From the NCBI GenBank assembly GCA_000146465.1, contig CP001945.1: a DNA stretch of 64,000 bases; one strand, written 5' to 3'. Shown in pieces: positions 31,167-40,780 of this stretch. Position 1 is the stretch's first letter. Every line of letters begins with the position of its first letter. Both the position numbers and the translations under genes were made by a program. Below the pieces are notes generated by a model that was not told where the DNA came from, did no database searches, and saw only the letters and a program-made list of their open reading frames with translations.

Positions 31167-31457
31167 TCAAACCGCAACAGTCGGAGCCTCTTGGCTATTG
31201 ATGGACTCGTCGGTAAAAACCAGCTCTTCCCTCAGCCTGGACTCTCCAAGTGGAGTTAGAAGGAAGTATGAGTGTCTCCACACGTGAATTTTCTGGACAT
31301 ATCCATAAGAGATCATGGTCTTCATAAATGCCTTCAGTTGCAGGTTGGGAATTTCGAGATCCTTATGATTTCCAAGAACAGTGTCCTCAAGAAGCAAAGC
31401 TTTTTTCTCGAGTAAACGTCTCTTTATCTTGTACTTATTTACTGTCGGTACTAGCAT
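31167..31457 (-). CDS. Ribosomal protein S10e
   Basis: MLVPTVNKYKIKRRLLEKKALL...KAFMKTMISYGYVQKIHVWRHSYFLLTPLG is collinear with eukaryotic RPS10 (MLMPKKNR...[24 protein letters not shown]). Confidence 0.75.
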   Translation of the reverse strand: MLVPTVNKYKIKRRLLEKKALLLEDTVLGNHKDLEIPNLQLKAFMKTMISYGYVQKIHVWRHSYFLLTPLGESRLREELVFTDESINSQEAPTVAV

Positions 31458-31556
31458 TTCTCTACAAATTAGCCTTGATACATAACCAAATCACTTACCT
31501 TCTTTAAAGCCCTCAAGTAAATTTTTTTTTATTGTTTATTCGGCCAAGATACTTGA

Positions 31557-31804
31557 ATGGCACCTCTCCTGCCCCCGATGATCAATCCAAAGCTATTGAT
31601 GGTGACTGCAACAACAGCATATGTGTTTGTATTTTACACACTGGCTATAAGAGTAAGTTTTGTCCACGTAATTTCTAGCCATTGTTTCATAGTCCAACTG
31701 CAGCCGAAGATGTCCTAATTACCTTGTCTTCGATTGTCTTGTTTAGTGCCCTCCTGATCCACGCTATTTTAGGGTTTGAAGAGGAAAAGACAAAGCATAT
31801 GTAG
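31557..31804 (+). CDS. Candidate small two-TM protein with a putative 26-nt spliceosomal intron (31653-31678); speculative
   Basis: ATG 31557. Exon 1 ends ...YTLAIR at 31652; GTAAGT at 31653; TAATTT-containing tail; AG at 31677-78. Exon 2 (PLFHSPTAAEDVLITLSSIVLFSALLIHAILGF...) runs to a stop at 31802-04, giving about 73 aa; unspliced it is a 53-aa ORF (31557-31718). Weak FxYT...PF resemblance to DPM2-like small membrane subunits. Confidence 0.2.
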
Positions 31805-31833
31805 ACATTCAGCATATAATGCCCGAAGTACTA

Positions 31834-32178
31834 CTAGATAGCATCGGTATTGAGATTCATCCACCTCAAGTACTGCTCGGACATAGAGTGTATTTCGATT
31901 CCGACCACTTGAGGAGCTTCATATGGATGGTCTTCCGCCATGAACTCTTGGATTTTAACAAACAAGGAGGAAAAGGTCTTTGCAGCCAATTTGTACTCTG
32001 TCTCTCTTTTAACACTTCCATCCCAAGAGTAAACGGAGGTTATCTTGGATATTTGGCAGCATGCAGCAAGCCTTCTATTGACTAACTCGTACGAAGCTTT
32101 TTCAGCTGATTCTCGGGTTGGATATGTTGTGAATACAACGAATGGTTTCCTCTGTGGGATATTGTCTGGATGGTGCAT
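31834..32178 (-). CDS. CutA divalent-cation tolerance protein homolog
   Basis: C-terminal MAEDHPYEAPQVVGIEI matches the CutA1 signature (HPYEVPE); about 114 aa from the first ATG. Track start 32190 is TTG. Confidence 0.7.
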   Translation of the reverse strand: MHHPDNIPQRKPFVVFTTYPTRESAEKASYELVNRRLAACCQISKITSVYSWDGSVKRETEYKLAAKTFSSLFVKIQEFMAEDHPYEAPQVVGIEIHSMSEQYLRWMNLNTDAI

Positions 32179-32226
32179 GGTTCCCTCCAAAAAGTACTTA
32201 ATATTTGCCTTCCCAGGATATTTGAA

Positions 32227-33243
32227 ATGGCGAGAACCAGGGGAATTCTAGGTCTTGTAAATCCTCAGGATCTTCTTTTCAAAGCTGTATTCATAGAAAA
32301 AAGACTTCCGAAGCATCATCTAAAAGAGATATCGATATCTGCAATTGTGCTTAAGGTGATGTCTCAGGATATTTCTATTAGGGAAGGAGGTCTTGTTGTG
32401 ATTGGTCTTAGCAGGATTTTGGTAAGGAAACTAAAGTATCTGCAGGATGAGTGTAGTGATGTTGTACATAAAATCTGGAGAAAGAAAGGCGAAAAAGGAA
32501 AGGGCCTCAGGTCGGTATCCTCGAAGGGAATAACCTTGGGACTTGACTTAGAAAGGTTATATATCGACGATCAGATGATAAGTCCAGAAGAGTTTGTCAT
32601 TCTTCCTGAGGAGGAGAACATAGATGGAATACAAGAAATAGAAGACCTAAGCTTTGGGGGATTTAACGACATTTCATATGTTGAAGAAGGAAGGTTTGGA
32701 ACCGAGGATAGCACAAGAGCTTCTACAGCCACGGAGATTACTCAAATTCCCTTAGAGGAGCGAAGAGAGAAAAGGAGGAAAATAATTGAAGACTTGGAAC
32801 TGGAGTTTGACGCCCGAGAATTTCGAGAAAACCTTAGGAATACAGGGGATATAGTGTTTAGGGAGAAAAGTCTCGATATAAGAGATGAGCTTGTTTCCAA
32901 ACTCTCAATTGCACCTGAGATACTATCGAAGATCTGTAGGAGAGAGATGTACCAAAGAGAAAGCATAGAAGGTGTCCGTGATACAGTAATAATGGAATCA
33001 TATGGAGACATCAGTTTTGGGGACAATATAAATGAGTCGCAAGTATCCTCCGAGGTTGTAGAGGAAGACTGTCTTGATATTGAGAAGTTGCCTGAAAGAT
33101 TTGTCTTCAATGAGATGGCTGATGGGCATAGCAGATATGAAAGAAGTAGGATGTTTCTGTCTCTTCTAAATCTGCTTGGAAGCGGGATGGCGATGGCAAA
33201 CCAAAGAGCGGCATATTCTAATATAGAATGCAATCTTTTGTGA
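32227..33243 (+). CDS. Rad21/Rec8-family kleisin (cohesin subunit)
   Basis: N-terminal domain LLFKAVFIEKRLPKHHLKEI...GGLVVIGLSRILVRKLKYLQDECSDVVHKIW is collinear with Rad21 N-terminus (AKIWLAAHWEKKLTKAQI...[30 protein letters not shown]); C-terminal winged-helix-like tail RSRMFLSLLNLLGSG. Confidence 0.65.
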   Translation: MARTRGILGLVNPQDLLFKAVFIEKRLPKHHLKEISISAIVLKVMSQDISIREGGLVVIGLSRILVRKLKYLQDECSDVVHKIWRKKGEKGKGLRSVSSKGITLGLDLERLYIDDQMISPEEFVILPEEENIDGIQEIEDLSFGGFNDISYVEEGRFGTEDSTRASTATEITQIPLEERREKRRKIIEDLELEFDAREFRENLRNTGDIVFREKSLDIRDELVSKLSIAPEILSKICRREMYQRESIEGVRDTVIMESYGDISFGDNINESQVSSEVVEEDCLDIEKLPERFVFNEMADGHSRYERSRMFLSLLNLLGSGMAMANQRAAYSNIECNLL

Positions 33244-33295
33244 CTCCTGGATAGGACTTCAAGAATTTTTGAGTCTTAAAAAATTTATCCCTTCA

Positions 33296-33892
33296 ATGGA
33301 AAAGAAGGAGCATTTTATAATCGATGCTACTGGGCAAGTGGCAGGAAAGCTTGCTTCAAAGGTTGCTAAGCTCCTTCTTGAAGGAGTCCGGGTGACAGTG
33401 GTGTGCTGTGAGGAAGCGGTGTTTGTAGGAAGCTTAGAAAAGGCAGTAAATAAATTCAAGGCGTATCTTAACAAAAGATGCATTGTTAATCCAAGGAGGG
33501 GACCGTTTCACTTCCGAGAGCCAAGAATGCATCTTGCAAAGATAATCAAGCGAATGATCTCTTACAAGAAACCCAGAGGAAAAGTGGCAATGAGCCGACT
33601 TACCACGTATGAGGGGATTCCTAGAGAACTGGAAGGGCAACCACGACACAAGGTCACTTGTGCATTGGTAAAATACACAAGTAATCCAAACAGGTATGTT
33701 ACTCTTGGGAAGCTTCTGAGTATGTTTGGATGGAAGCATGCCGAGGCAGCCAAAAGTCTCACTGATGAGCTGAAGGAAAGAGAGAAGTTGGAGTCCTTGA
33801 AACGGGAAGAGATGAACCGAAAGATTGAAGAACTAAGGAGGAATAAGTCTTTTGAGGACGAGGTGAATAAGAAGCTGGAGATGCTTGCATAA
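33296..33892 (+). CDS. Ribosomal protein L13a (uL13)
   Basis: HFIIDATGQVAGKLASKVAKLLLEGVRVTVVCCEEAVFVGSL matches RPL13A N-terminus; K/E-rich C-terminus. Track start 33269 is TTG; ATG 33296 is preceded by CCC. Confidence 0.8.
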   Translation: MEKKEHFIIDATGQVAGKLASKVAKLLLEGVRVTVVCCEEAVFVGSLEKAVNKFKAYLNKRCIVNPRRGPFHFREPRMHLAKIIKRMISYKKPRGKVAMSRLTTYEGIPRELEGQPRHKVTCALVKYTSNPNRYVTLGKLLSMFGWKHAEAAKSLTDELKEREKLESLKREEMNRKIEELRRNKSFEDEVNKKLEMLA

Positions 33893-33949
33893 GATATTAA
33901 AGGTTCTTAAGTTGATTATATAATATTTTAGACTTTTTGAACGCCCTTG

Positions 33950-34270
33950 ATGAAAAAACAGAAATTATGCTACAAGAAAAATACCTACATAAACAAGAAC
34001 ATAAAGTTTAGGACACTGAAGCAGCTAATCCCAGAGCTTATCGAAAAGGACCACAGGTACATCCAGATTTCCAATAGAGTATCTGTAAGACCCGGAATGA
34101 AGTTATGCGATCTCACAGGTCTTCCAGCACCATACACGTGCCCAAATACAAGGCTGTTCTACTATGACTCTTCTGTCTACAAGAGAATCTGTGAATTGCC
34201 CAGCGATCGTATCCAGAAGCTGTTTCAACTAAGAGAGTTTGGAAAGACTTTGGTTTCACTTAGAAGGTGA
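33950..34270 (+). CDS. YL1 C-terminal-domain protein (INO80 Ies6 / SWR1 Vps71-like)
   Basis: CDLTGLPAPYTCPNTRLFYYDSSVYKRI fits the YL1_C motif (C..TGLPA.Y.DP.T...Y); about 106 aa. Confidence 0.4.
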   Translation: MKKQKLCYKKNTYINKNIKFRTLKQLIPELIEKDHRYIQISNRVSVRPGMKLCDLTGLPAPYTCPNTRLFYYDSSVYKRICELPSDRIQKLFQLREFGKTLVSLRR

Positions 34271-34303
34271 CCTTCTGTAAATAACACAAAAAGAAAATAA
34301 AAT

Positions 34304-37300
34304 CTAGACTTTATTATTAAAGAAGTCTACATTGTATATAAGATCGAAAGAGTTTGTCCCGCATTTCACGGGATTTCCCACAGTTATGGAGGCAGAGGGA
34401 TTAGACAATTGATCTTCAAGGTGGAATGCTGCAGCTGTTTTGAAGTTGGAGTAGCAGCTTTCGAAACTCATTTTCTGGATAAGAGAGTCGCCAATTCCAA
34501 GTCCATGCCTACTGAAGGGAGAGTAGTCGCCTTTTCTTGTCATATAGTCAGCTACAAGAAGAAGATGCCGAGCATCAATTGAAATTCCATAGACATCGAA
34601 AACCTTCACTACTTCGTTGATTATAGCATGTCTTGCAGCCTCAATCCCAAGCGTTAGATACACATTGTATATATCATTAGACTCGGAATTGTAGATATCT
34701 AAGAGATCTAGTAGATCCTCATAGACACCGGGAGCCACCTCTATCCTTCCTGTCAAAGAGGAGATGGAAGGGCTTTCTACAAAGAGAGTATTTCCGGAGA
34801 TCGAGGCCTTTTTTATGCCTTTGGTTTCTCTCACCACAACTGTAGGAAGGATAGATTCGATTATTGAGGATATCACTTCGTTAAATCCAGAAGGATACAG
34901 CATCTCAAATGAAAGTATGTTTTTTGACTTCCTTGTAAAGTTTATGAGATTCTCCTCTTCAGTACTGCTTGAGTTATCGGTATGGTCAATTTCGTCAATA
35001 GTCTCGGGATGAGTAGTATCATCACTGTCCTTTTCAGTGTTTTCATTCTCGCTGGTATCTACACATATATAGTCACTCTTTGAATTACTTTCCTCATCAC
35101 TGTCACTCTCATCCTCTTCCTCGTTTTCTTTGTTTTCATCTAGTTCCTTTGAACTATCTTTATTTCCCTCTTCCATTCCTAACTTATATTTTACTTTAGA
35201 TAGCATTTTCAGTTTACTTCCAAGTATCTTCAGGAACTTTCGGTCCAAAGCCTCGCTTGCAAGGTCCACAAAGTTGTCCAGGTCAAACACCATTCTAATT
35301 TTCTTCTGAAAGACCCCGTCAATCATCACAATTTCCTCAGAGACCCTAAATTTCCTGACACAATCTTTCAGTGTTATCTTCTTTAAGCATGTACCAATAT
35401 CAAAATTCAACTTTTTCCTGATAGGAATAGTAACCAAAGGCGTCTTTATGGACTTGGATGCTACCAATAGAATTTCTCTGAGCCTAGGAACTCCAAGAGT
35501 CACGTTCTTTTCTCCTACACCAGCTAGATGAAAGGTGTTGAGAGTCATCTGAGTGGAGGGTTCTCCTATCGACTGTGCAGCTATAATCCCGACAGATTCT
35601 CCTGGGTCGGCTAGAGAGCATACATACCTACTTTCCAGAAATCTCTTAAGCTCTTCGTCAAAAAACTCTATCTCTTTTTTGAACCGAGGAGACAAGAAAT
35701 CTTCGTATCTGTTGCTAAGCTTGAAGGAAGACAAAGATAGCTCCTTAAAGAGAAAGGCATTTCTTCGGAAAAACTCAGGATCGTCCAAATAGCTTGACTT
35801 CGTGCAGTCAAGGCCGTCCTCGCCATAAACAAACTGAACTATCTTTTTCCCAATCCGTGCCGATCTGTCATACTCAACCTTTATCCCCTCCATGTGCTTA
35901 ACTAGGCATCTTTGTAGATATCCGGAATTGGCAGTTTTGATTGCAGTATCAATAAGCCCTTCTCTCCCTGCCATGCAATGGAAAAAATATTGTGATGGAT
36001 TGATACCATCCAAAAAGCCTTGATATATGTACCCTCCAGAGGATGGATCAGGATCCAGCGGCTTGAAGCAAGGCAATGTCTTTCCACTAGCCATCACCGG
36101 GACTCTCCGTCCCTCCAGCTCTTGCTGTCCTAGAGCACCTGAAATCTGGCTCAGATTAACAATCGAACCCTTGGATCCTATCGAAACAATCAATTCCATA
36201 CCGTTGTCCGGAAAACCTTTCTTCAATCCTGAAGGAACGGATGCATTAACTATCTCTGAGGTTATCTTGTTCATTTCTCTTCTCATTATAGAGTCCAAGT
36301 AAGCTTTTTTGTCGTCGCATAAGTAAAAGTCTGGATTCGCTTCCATGTACTCCTTCTGAAGCTCCCTTACCTTCTTGTCTTTGGTTTCCATCACTTTTTT
36401 TCTTTTCGCATTCGCATCATTGCTAAGAATAAGATCATCTGCTCCTATTGTAAACCCATACATTTGAAGATATTTGTTGCAAACTCTTCCTATATATGTT
36501 AGTAGGTCATTCGAGGCTGCAAACCCCCTAATCTCTCCGCAGGCATGGGCTAAGGACTTGAAAGTTGGCCCTATTGAGTTCTTGTCCAAAATCCCTGTAA
36601 TTATATTCCCTTCACTAATTCTTAGAACGCTTTCTTCCGAATGCTCCCTCCATGCGTCTTTTGGAACCTTGGTTTCAATTTCAATATTTAAACCCAGCCC
36701 GAGGTTCTTTATTATTGCTGAGAGCACTTGCTTTCCAGAATAGAGTCTTACAGGCTTGAGAATACAGGGCTTATCTATGGTAATTCGTCTTCCATCCAAT
36801 CCAGAATTCACTAGAGTAAAGTAATCTTCTTCGGAAAAGAACGAGTTTTTCATCGTCAAGATTGCTGCAGCAACAATGTGATCTTGGGTAAGGCCTCTTA
36901 TTGGTTTCCCGTCGGTGGGGACTAGATAGTTGAAGTCATTCATGACAATATGTCTAGCCTCGGCCTCAGCAACATAACTTTGTGGAAAATGAATGTTCAT
37001 CTCATCTCCATCAAAGTCTGCGTTGTAAGATTTACAGTTGGCATAATGCATTCTTAATGTCCTTTCTCCTTTCAGCACCTTGCACTTATGAGCCATAATG
37101 CTTGGTCTATGTAAAGTCGGCTGTCTGTTCACAAGTACCACATCTCCATCCACCAAATGTCTCCAAACAACCTTCTTTCCATCCAGGAGCTGGTTTGCCA
37201 AGGCAAATCTCTTTTCGTCAGGCATGTGGCTTAAACTAAGCATTACATCTCCATCCTGTAGGTATAAACTTCCCGGATAGGTAGATCCATTCACAATAGC

Positions 37301-38485
37301 CTTTTTCAATTTGCTTACATTGAAGCTAGTTACTCTCTCTGGAAATGTCAGAACTTCCGCAAACACAAAAGGAACTCCTATCTCCCGTGTCTCTAGATTA
37401 GGGTCTGGGGATATGACAGTCCTCGCCGCGAAGTTAACTCTCTTTCCCATTATGTTTTTGCGGAACAGCCCTTCCTTCTTTTCAAGAATCTGCTTGTGTC
37501 CCGGTGGCGTTATCAAACCGATATTCCGTTTCCTTAGGTTTGAATTATCAAACGACGAAAGAACAGCACCTTGCAGCTCTGGCCAGTATGAAAGGTCTTT
37601 TTTCACCAATTCATTGATGGTGAGAATGTCGTTAAAGGAAAAAGTCTGAGGATTCGGGGCCTTCTTCTCATTTAAAAAAGACACCGGACGGAATCTATTG
37701 GGTGTGACAGGTATACTTGTCAAAAAGAACATATTCGGGTCTTTTGTAGAGAAGATGGAGCCAATCAAGTCGGCTTCATTGGAAAACAAATCTTCCACAA
37801 GCTCTCTAATAAAATCCGGGAAAAGCAGCTCCGAATCCTTTTCATTCTCACTATTTTCATCATCCCTTTGGAGGGACTTTAATATCTTTATGTTTGTTCC
37901 TTTATAGATCTTTGGATTGGCATGTCCACATCTCACACATTTCTTTTTTGAATTTATACTAGAAAAGAAGTGGCGCACCATCTCCTGGTACTTATCTGTT
38001 GGAGGCCCAGGTCTGTTTTTCCTTGAGGATTCCACTCTCTTACTAACAACACTGTACAGCTCCTCTTCCTCCGAAGTAGCATACAGCTCATCCAAGCCGT
38101 CTATTTCTTCTCCATTTCTAAGAAGAGAGAACTTACAGAACATAATAAGCCGATCATAATTTGTTATTCTAAAGTGCCTGCACTGGAAGCAACAACACCT
38201 AACTAATGAGAGCAGCGAGTCGAAGAATATCGGATTGAAAACAGGCTTAAATAGCTTTATGCGTCCAAAATGTCCTGGGCAGTTTAGAAGCGACAAATTG
38301 CAGGTTTTACAGTTGGACGAGAAGTCTAATGGCCCCATTCTCAAGTCGTACAGGCCTCCACGCACAGGATGCCCGAACTTGTCGAAAGTAGATGGCTCCG
38401 TAACATCCATGCAACTAGCCTGTTCTATTTCCTTTTCAGAGTATACTCCAAACGATATCTTCTTTGGATGAAATTTCATAACCAT
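34304..38485 (-). CDS. DNA-directed RNA polymerase I largest subunit (RPA1/A190)
   Basis: Universal NADFDGDEMNIHFPQS catalytic motif with the Pol I-specific HFPQ variant; zinc-binding N-terminus; large acidic insertion (EEDESDSDEESNS...) typical of A190; no CTD heptads. The track N-terminus (38486-38635) is the reverse complement of tRNA-iMet; real start taken at 38485. Confidence 0.8.
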   Translation of the reverse strand: MVMKFHPKKISFGVYSEKEIEQASCMDVTEPSTFDKFGHPVRGGLYDLRMGPLDFSSNCKTCNLSLLNCPGHFGRIKLFKPVFNPIFFDSLLSLVRCCCFQCRHFRITNYDRLIMFCKFSLLRNGEEIDGLDELYATSEEEELYSVVSKRVESSRKNRPGPPTDKYQEMVRHFFSSINSKKKCVRCGHANPKIYKGTNIKILKSLQRDDENSENEKDSELLFPDFIRELVEDLFSNEADLIGSIFSTKDPNMFFLTSIPVTPNRFRPVSFLNEKKAPNPQTFSFNDILTINELVKKDLSYWPELQGAVLSSFDNSNLRKRNIGLITPPGHKQILEKKEGLFRKNIMGKRVNFAARTVISPDPNLETREIGVPFVFAEVLTFPERVTSFNVSKLKKAIVNGSTYPGSLYLQDGDVMLSLSHMPDEKRFALANQLLDGKKVVWRHLVDGDVVLVNRQPTLHRPSIMAHKCKVLKGERTLRMHYANCKSYNADFDGDEMNIHFPQSYVAEAEARHIVMNDFNYLVPTDGKPIRGLTQDHIVAAAILTMKNSFFSEEDYFTLVNSGLDGRRITIDKPCILKPVRLYSGKQVLSAIIKNLGLGLNIEIETKVPKDAWREHSEESVLRISEGNIITGILDKNSIGPTFKSLAHACGEIRGFAASNDLLTYIGRVCNKYLQMYGFTIGADDLILSNDANAKRKKVMETKDKKVRELQKEYMEANPDFYLCDDKKAYLDSIMRREMNKITSEIVNASVPSGLKKGFPDNGMELIVSIGSKGSIVNLSQISGALGQQELEGRRVPVMASGKTLPCFKPLDPDPSSGGYIYQGFLDGINPSQYFFHCMAGREGLIDTAIKTANSGYLQRCLVKHMEGIKVEYDRSARIGKKIVQFVYGEDGLDCTKSSYLDDPEFFRRNAFLFKELSLSSFKLSNRYEDFLSPRFKKEIEFFDEELKRFLESRYVCSLADPGESVGIIAAQSIGEPSTQMTLNTFHLAGVGEKNVTLGVPRLREILLVASKSIKTPLVTIPIRKKLNFDIGTCLKKITLKDCVRKFRVSEEIVMIDGVFQKKIRMVFDLDNFVDLASEALDRKFLKILGSKLKMLSKVKYKLGMEEGNKDSSKELDENKENEEEDESDSDEESNSKSDYICVDTSENENTEKDSDDTTHPETIDEIDHTDNSSSTEEENLINFTRKSKNILSFEMLYPSGFNEVISSIIESILPTVVVRETKGIKKASISGNTLFVESPSISSLTGRIEVAPGVYEDLLDLLDIYNSESNDIYNVYLTLGIEAARHAIINEVVKVFDVYGISIDARHLLLVADYMTRKGDYSPFSRHGLGIGDSLIQKMSFESCYSNFKTAAAFHLEDQLSNPSASITVGNPVKCGTNSFDLIYNVDFFNNKV

Positions 38486-38566
38486 TTTGAAGAAGGGTCG
38501 TTTTGAGAATGAAATTGAAAATGCAGATAATCCTAGGGAGATGCCGATCTTGATAGGCCATCTTAA

Positions 38567-38639
38567 AGCATGGTGGCGCAATGGAAGCGCGCTGGGCTCA
38601 TAACCCAGAGGTTGTGTGGTTCGAATCCCACCCATGCTA
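38567..38639 (+). tRNA. tRNA-Met (initiator type), anticodon CAT
   Basis: AGCATGGTGGCGCAATGGAAGCGCGCTGGGCTCATAACCCAGAGGTTGTGTGGTTCGAATCCCACCCATGCTA. A1:U72 acceptor end, GGG/CCC anticodon stem, CAT anticodon and GTTCGAATC T-loop closely match eukaryotic initiator tRNA. Confidence 0.85.
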
Positions 38640-38709
38640 GTTTCTTTTCAACCCCTACCCATTAGAGTTCCCCATCTTAAATAGAACTTGACTTTATTAT
38701 AAAATCGAA

Positions 38710-40512
38710 TCAAACATAGACTGTTGTGACAAACTGCTCCTCAGACTCTTTGCACACCTTTCTTTTCTTCCCTTCCACCCCCTTTCTGCAGTTTGGCTTC
38801 TTCTTATATGAGTAAACTGTATTATATACAGTCTTATGGCCTCCCTTGTTTTTTGTTTCTCTCTCCACAGTCTTTACTACTGTTTTTGTCACCGTCTTCA
38901 CCAAGTCACTTGCCATTTCTAAGTGAGAGCTTTGCTTGGGAGTTTTTGTGCATTTTGTTTCTTCCAAATCCTCAATTAACACCTTTCTAACTAATGGAAG
39001 GAGCTCTGCTATTATGTCTTGCCTACCTGTGTTCATAAACCCTTGAGTATCCGATAATGAAGCAGCCACAGAGGAAAAGACCTCTTTCTTTTCCGAAGTC
39101 TCAGGAACACTGACGGTGAGACACTTTTCCGTACATATTAGAGAAATCGAGGCTGGCAAAGAGATACTGGCAGAAACCCCTTCTCCCTTTTGGGATCCAG
39201 GATTTTGGCTTGGGTCACTTCTAGAAGCTGTCTGTGTTGTAACTTCCTCTGTCTTTGTAACCGTAAGGACGGAAACAGTTGGTTTAGTTATTGTTCTATA
39301 TACCACACTAGGAAATTCAGAAGTACTTGGATCACTACTAGAGGAATCTATTGTTTTCGTACTCTTCTGAGTCTCTTCATTCCTTTTCGATGTCTCACCA
39401 GAAATAATTGGAGCTCTCATGGATATACTTTCCTCCGGCACCTTCGGAATTTCCTGGCCATGCGGAGCCTTTGTAGATATGATTGTGGAATACTGCGTCT
39501 GTACAACTGTCTCTGTCTTAACGCTACTCTCTGTCTTGGTTGAGGTTGAAATCTCCTTGACAGTTGTTAGCTTGTAATTGATAATGGGAACTTCACTCTT
39601 GACTGTTGTTGTCACTTCTCTGTACAACGTAATGGGTTTTTCGACACTGACAGTCTTATAAAACACTCGGGTGACTGTCACAACAGTGGGCTCGCCCTTT
39701 TCCTTTTCATCATCTTCAAAACCTTTTTCTGCTTCGGAGACTTCATCTATTTTGTCATCGTCCAGTGAAGAGTCCTTGAGCTTGGAGCGCTTTACTGAAG
39801 AAGAAATAAGGGTAGAGCCCTCCCCTTCCTTTACAGGAGTCTTACGGATATTGTCGTCGTATTTTCTTTGCTTCTCAGGTCTCTCAGAGCGTGTCAATTG
39901 AGAAACCTTTTCTGAAATCACTGGAATCTCCACCGTCTTGAAAATAGTTTTCGTATCCTCTTTTTTAGTTTCACAGGTTTTACCATCCTCGGTCACGTGG
40001 GTATCTTTCTTCTGCTCGTCCCTTGAGATTGTTGCCGGGTGCTCTGAGACCGTCTCCGTCTTTGTTTCAATTACTGTGATGCTTTTATAAGATACTAATG
40101 GTACCTCTTCGGTTTTGGTTGCCGGTGCAGAATTACTCTTATTTGTATCTTTGTGATGGATCACATGAATGAAGGGAATCGGAGGTTCGGAATTCCTTCT
40201 ATATGAATCCATTGGGCCGTTAGAAGGTCCTTCTCTCATCCATTCAAGCTCTTTGCACTCGTCTCTACAATCTTCCTTCCTACAGTTCATGCATTTATTC
40301 ACATCTTTGTAGACAACAGCCATGCACCTTCCTTTGTTACAACTTGAATCGCGCACTATTGGCAAATTAAAGCTCTGAAGATATTCATCGTATTCCCGTT
40401 TGGGAAGATACACGGAGTTCAAGCAGTCGTTCAAACTTATTCCATATCTCTGGCATCTACTCGTTAGCTCGTCCTGGATGGCATAGCATCCCATAATCAT
40501 CAGAATTATCAT
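38710..40512 (-). CDS. Secreted Cys-rich / Thr-Ser-Val-Lys-rich protein; candidate spore-wall or polar-tube-associated protein
   Basis: N-terminal signal peptide (MIILMIMGCYA|IQ); Cys-rich N-terminal module with about 10 Cys; about 350 aa of T/S/V/E/K-rich low-complexity beta-like repeats (TVTKT, TVVKTV); basic Cys-containing C-terminus (KKKPNCRKGVEGKKRKVCK) resembling heparin-binding motifs. Confidence 0.45.
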   Translation of the reverse strand: MIILMIMGCYAIQDELTSRCQRYGISLNDCLNSVYLPKREYDEYLQSFNLPIVRDSSCNKGRCMAVVYKDVNKCMNCRKEDCRDECKELEWMREGPSNGPMDSYRRNSEPPIPFIHVIHHKDTNKSNSAPATKTEEVPLVSYKSITVIETKTETVSEHPATISRDEQKKDTHVTEDGKTCETKKEDTKTIFKTVEIPVISEKVSQLTRSERPEKQRKYDDNIRKTPVKEGEGSTLISSSVKRSKLKDSSLDDDKIDEVSEAEKGFEDDEKEKGEPTVVTVTRVFYKTVSVEKPITLYREVTTTVKSEVPIINYKLTTVKEISTSTKTESSVKTETVVQTQYSTIISTKAPHGQEIPKVPEESISMRAPIISGETSKRNEETQKSTKTIDSSSSDPSTSEFPSVVYRTITKPTVSVLTVTKTEEVTTQTASRSDPSQNPGSQKGEGVSASISLPASISLICTEKCLTVSVPETSEKKEVFSSVAASLSDTQGFMNTGRQDIIAELLPLVRKVLIEDLEETKCTKTPKQSSHLEMASDLVKTVTKTVVKTVERETKNKGGHKTVYNTVYSYKKKPNCRKGVEGKKRKVCKESEEQFVTTVYV

Positions 40513-40623
40513 TGCCGAATAGAATGTTTGTTTGTTCTCCCAGATGCTTGAAATATTTGTGAGGTAGGTTTCACATCTGCTTCAGGCGTTTTAATAAGGG
40601 TAGATGTGCTTGGCGCAATCATA

Positions 40624-40695
40624 GGCTCGGTGGTCTAAGGGTATGATCTCCGCTTTGGGTGCGGAGGGCTCCAGGTTCAAATCCTGGCCGAGCCC
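40624..40695 (+). tRNA. tRNA-Pro, anticodon TGG
   Basis: GGCTCGGTGGTCTAAGGGTATGATCTCCGCTTTGGGTGCGGAGGGCTCCAGGTTCAAATCCTGGCCGAGCCC is nearly identical in architecture to eukaryotic tRNA-Pro, with anticodon loop TTTGGGT. Confidence 0.85.
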
Positions 40696-40780
40696 TTTTA
40701 CCATTCTGCATTGCAAAATACATTTTGGTAAACGATGAGTTTGGATTTCAAGTCTGCAATAATCTTTCTTACATCTCAAT

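Noticed and set aside
31819-32085. 88-aa plus-strand ORF
   Set aside because: Antisense to the well-supported CutA gene; no features of its own.
38486-38635. N-terminal 50 codons of the 1443-aa Pol I ORF as given in the track
   Set aside because: This stretch is the exact reverse complement of the tRNA-iMet gene; the real CDS starts at the internal ATG (38485).
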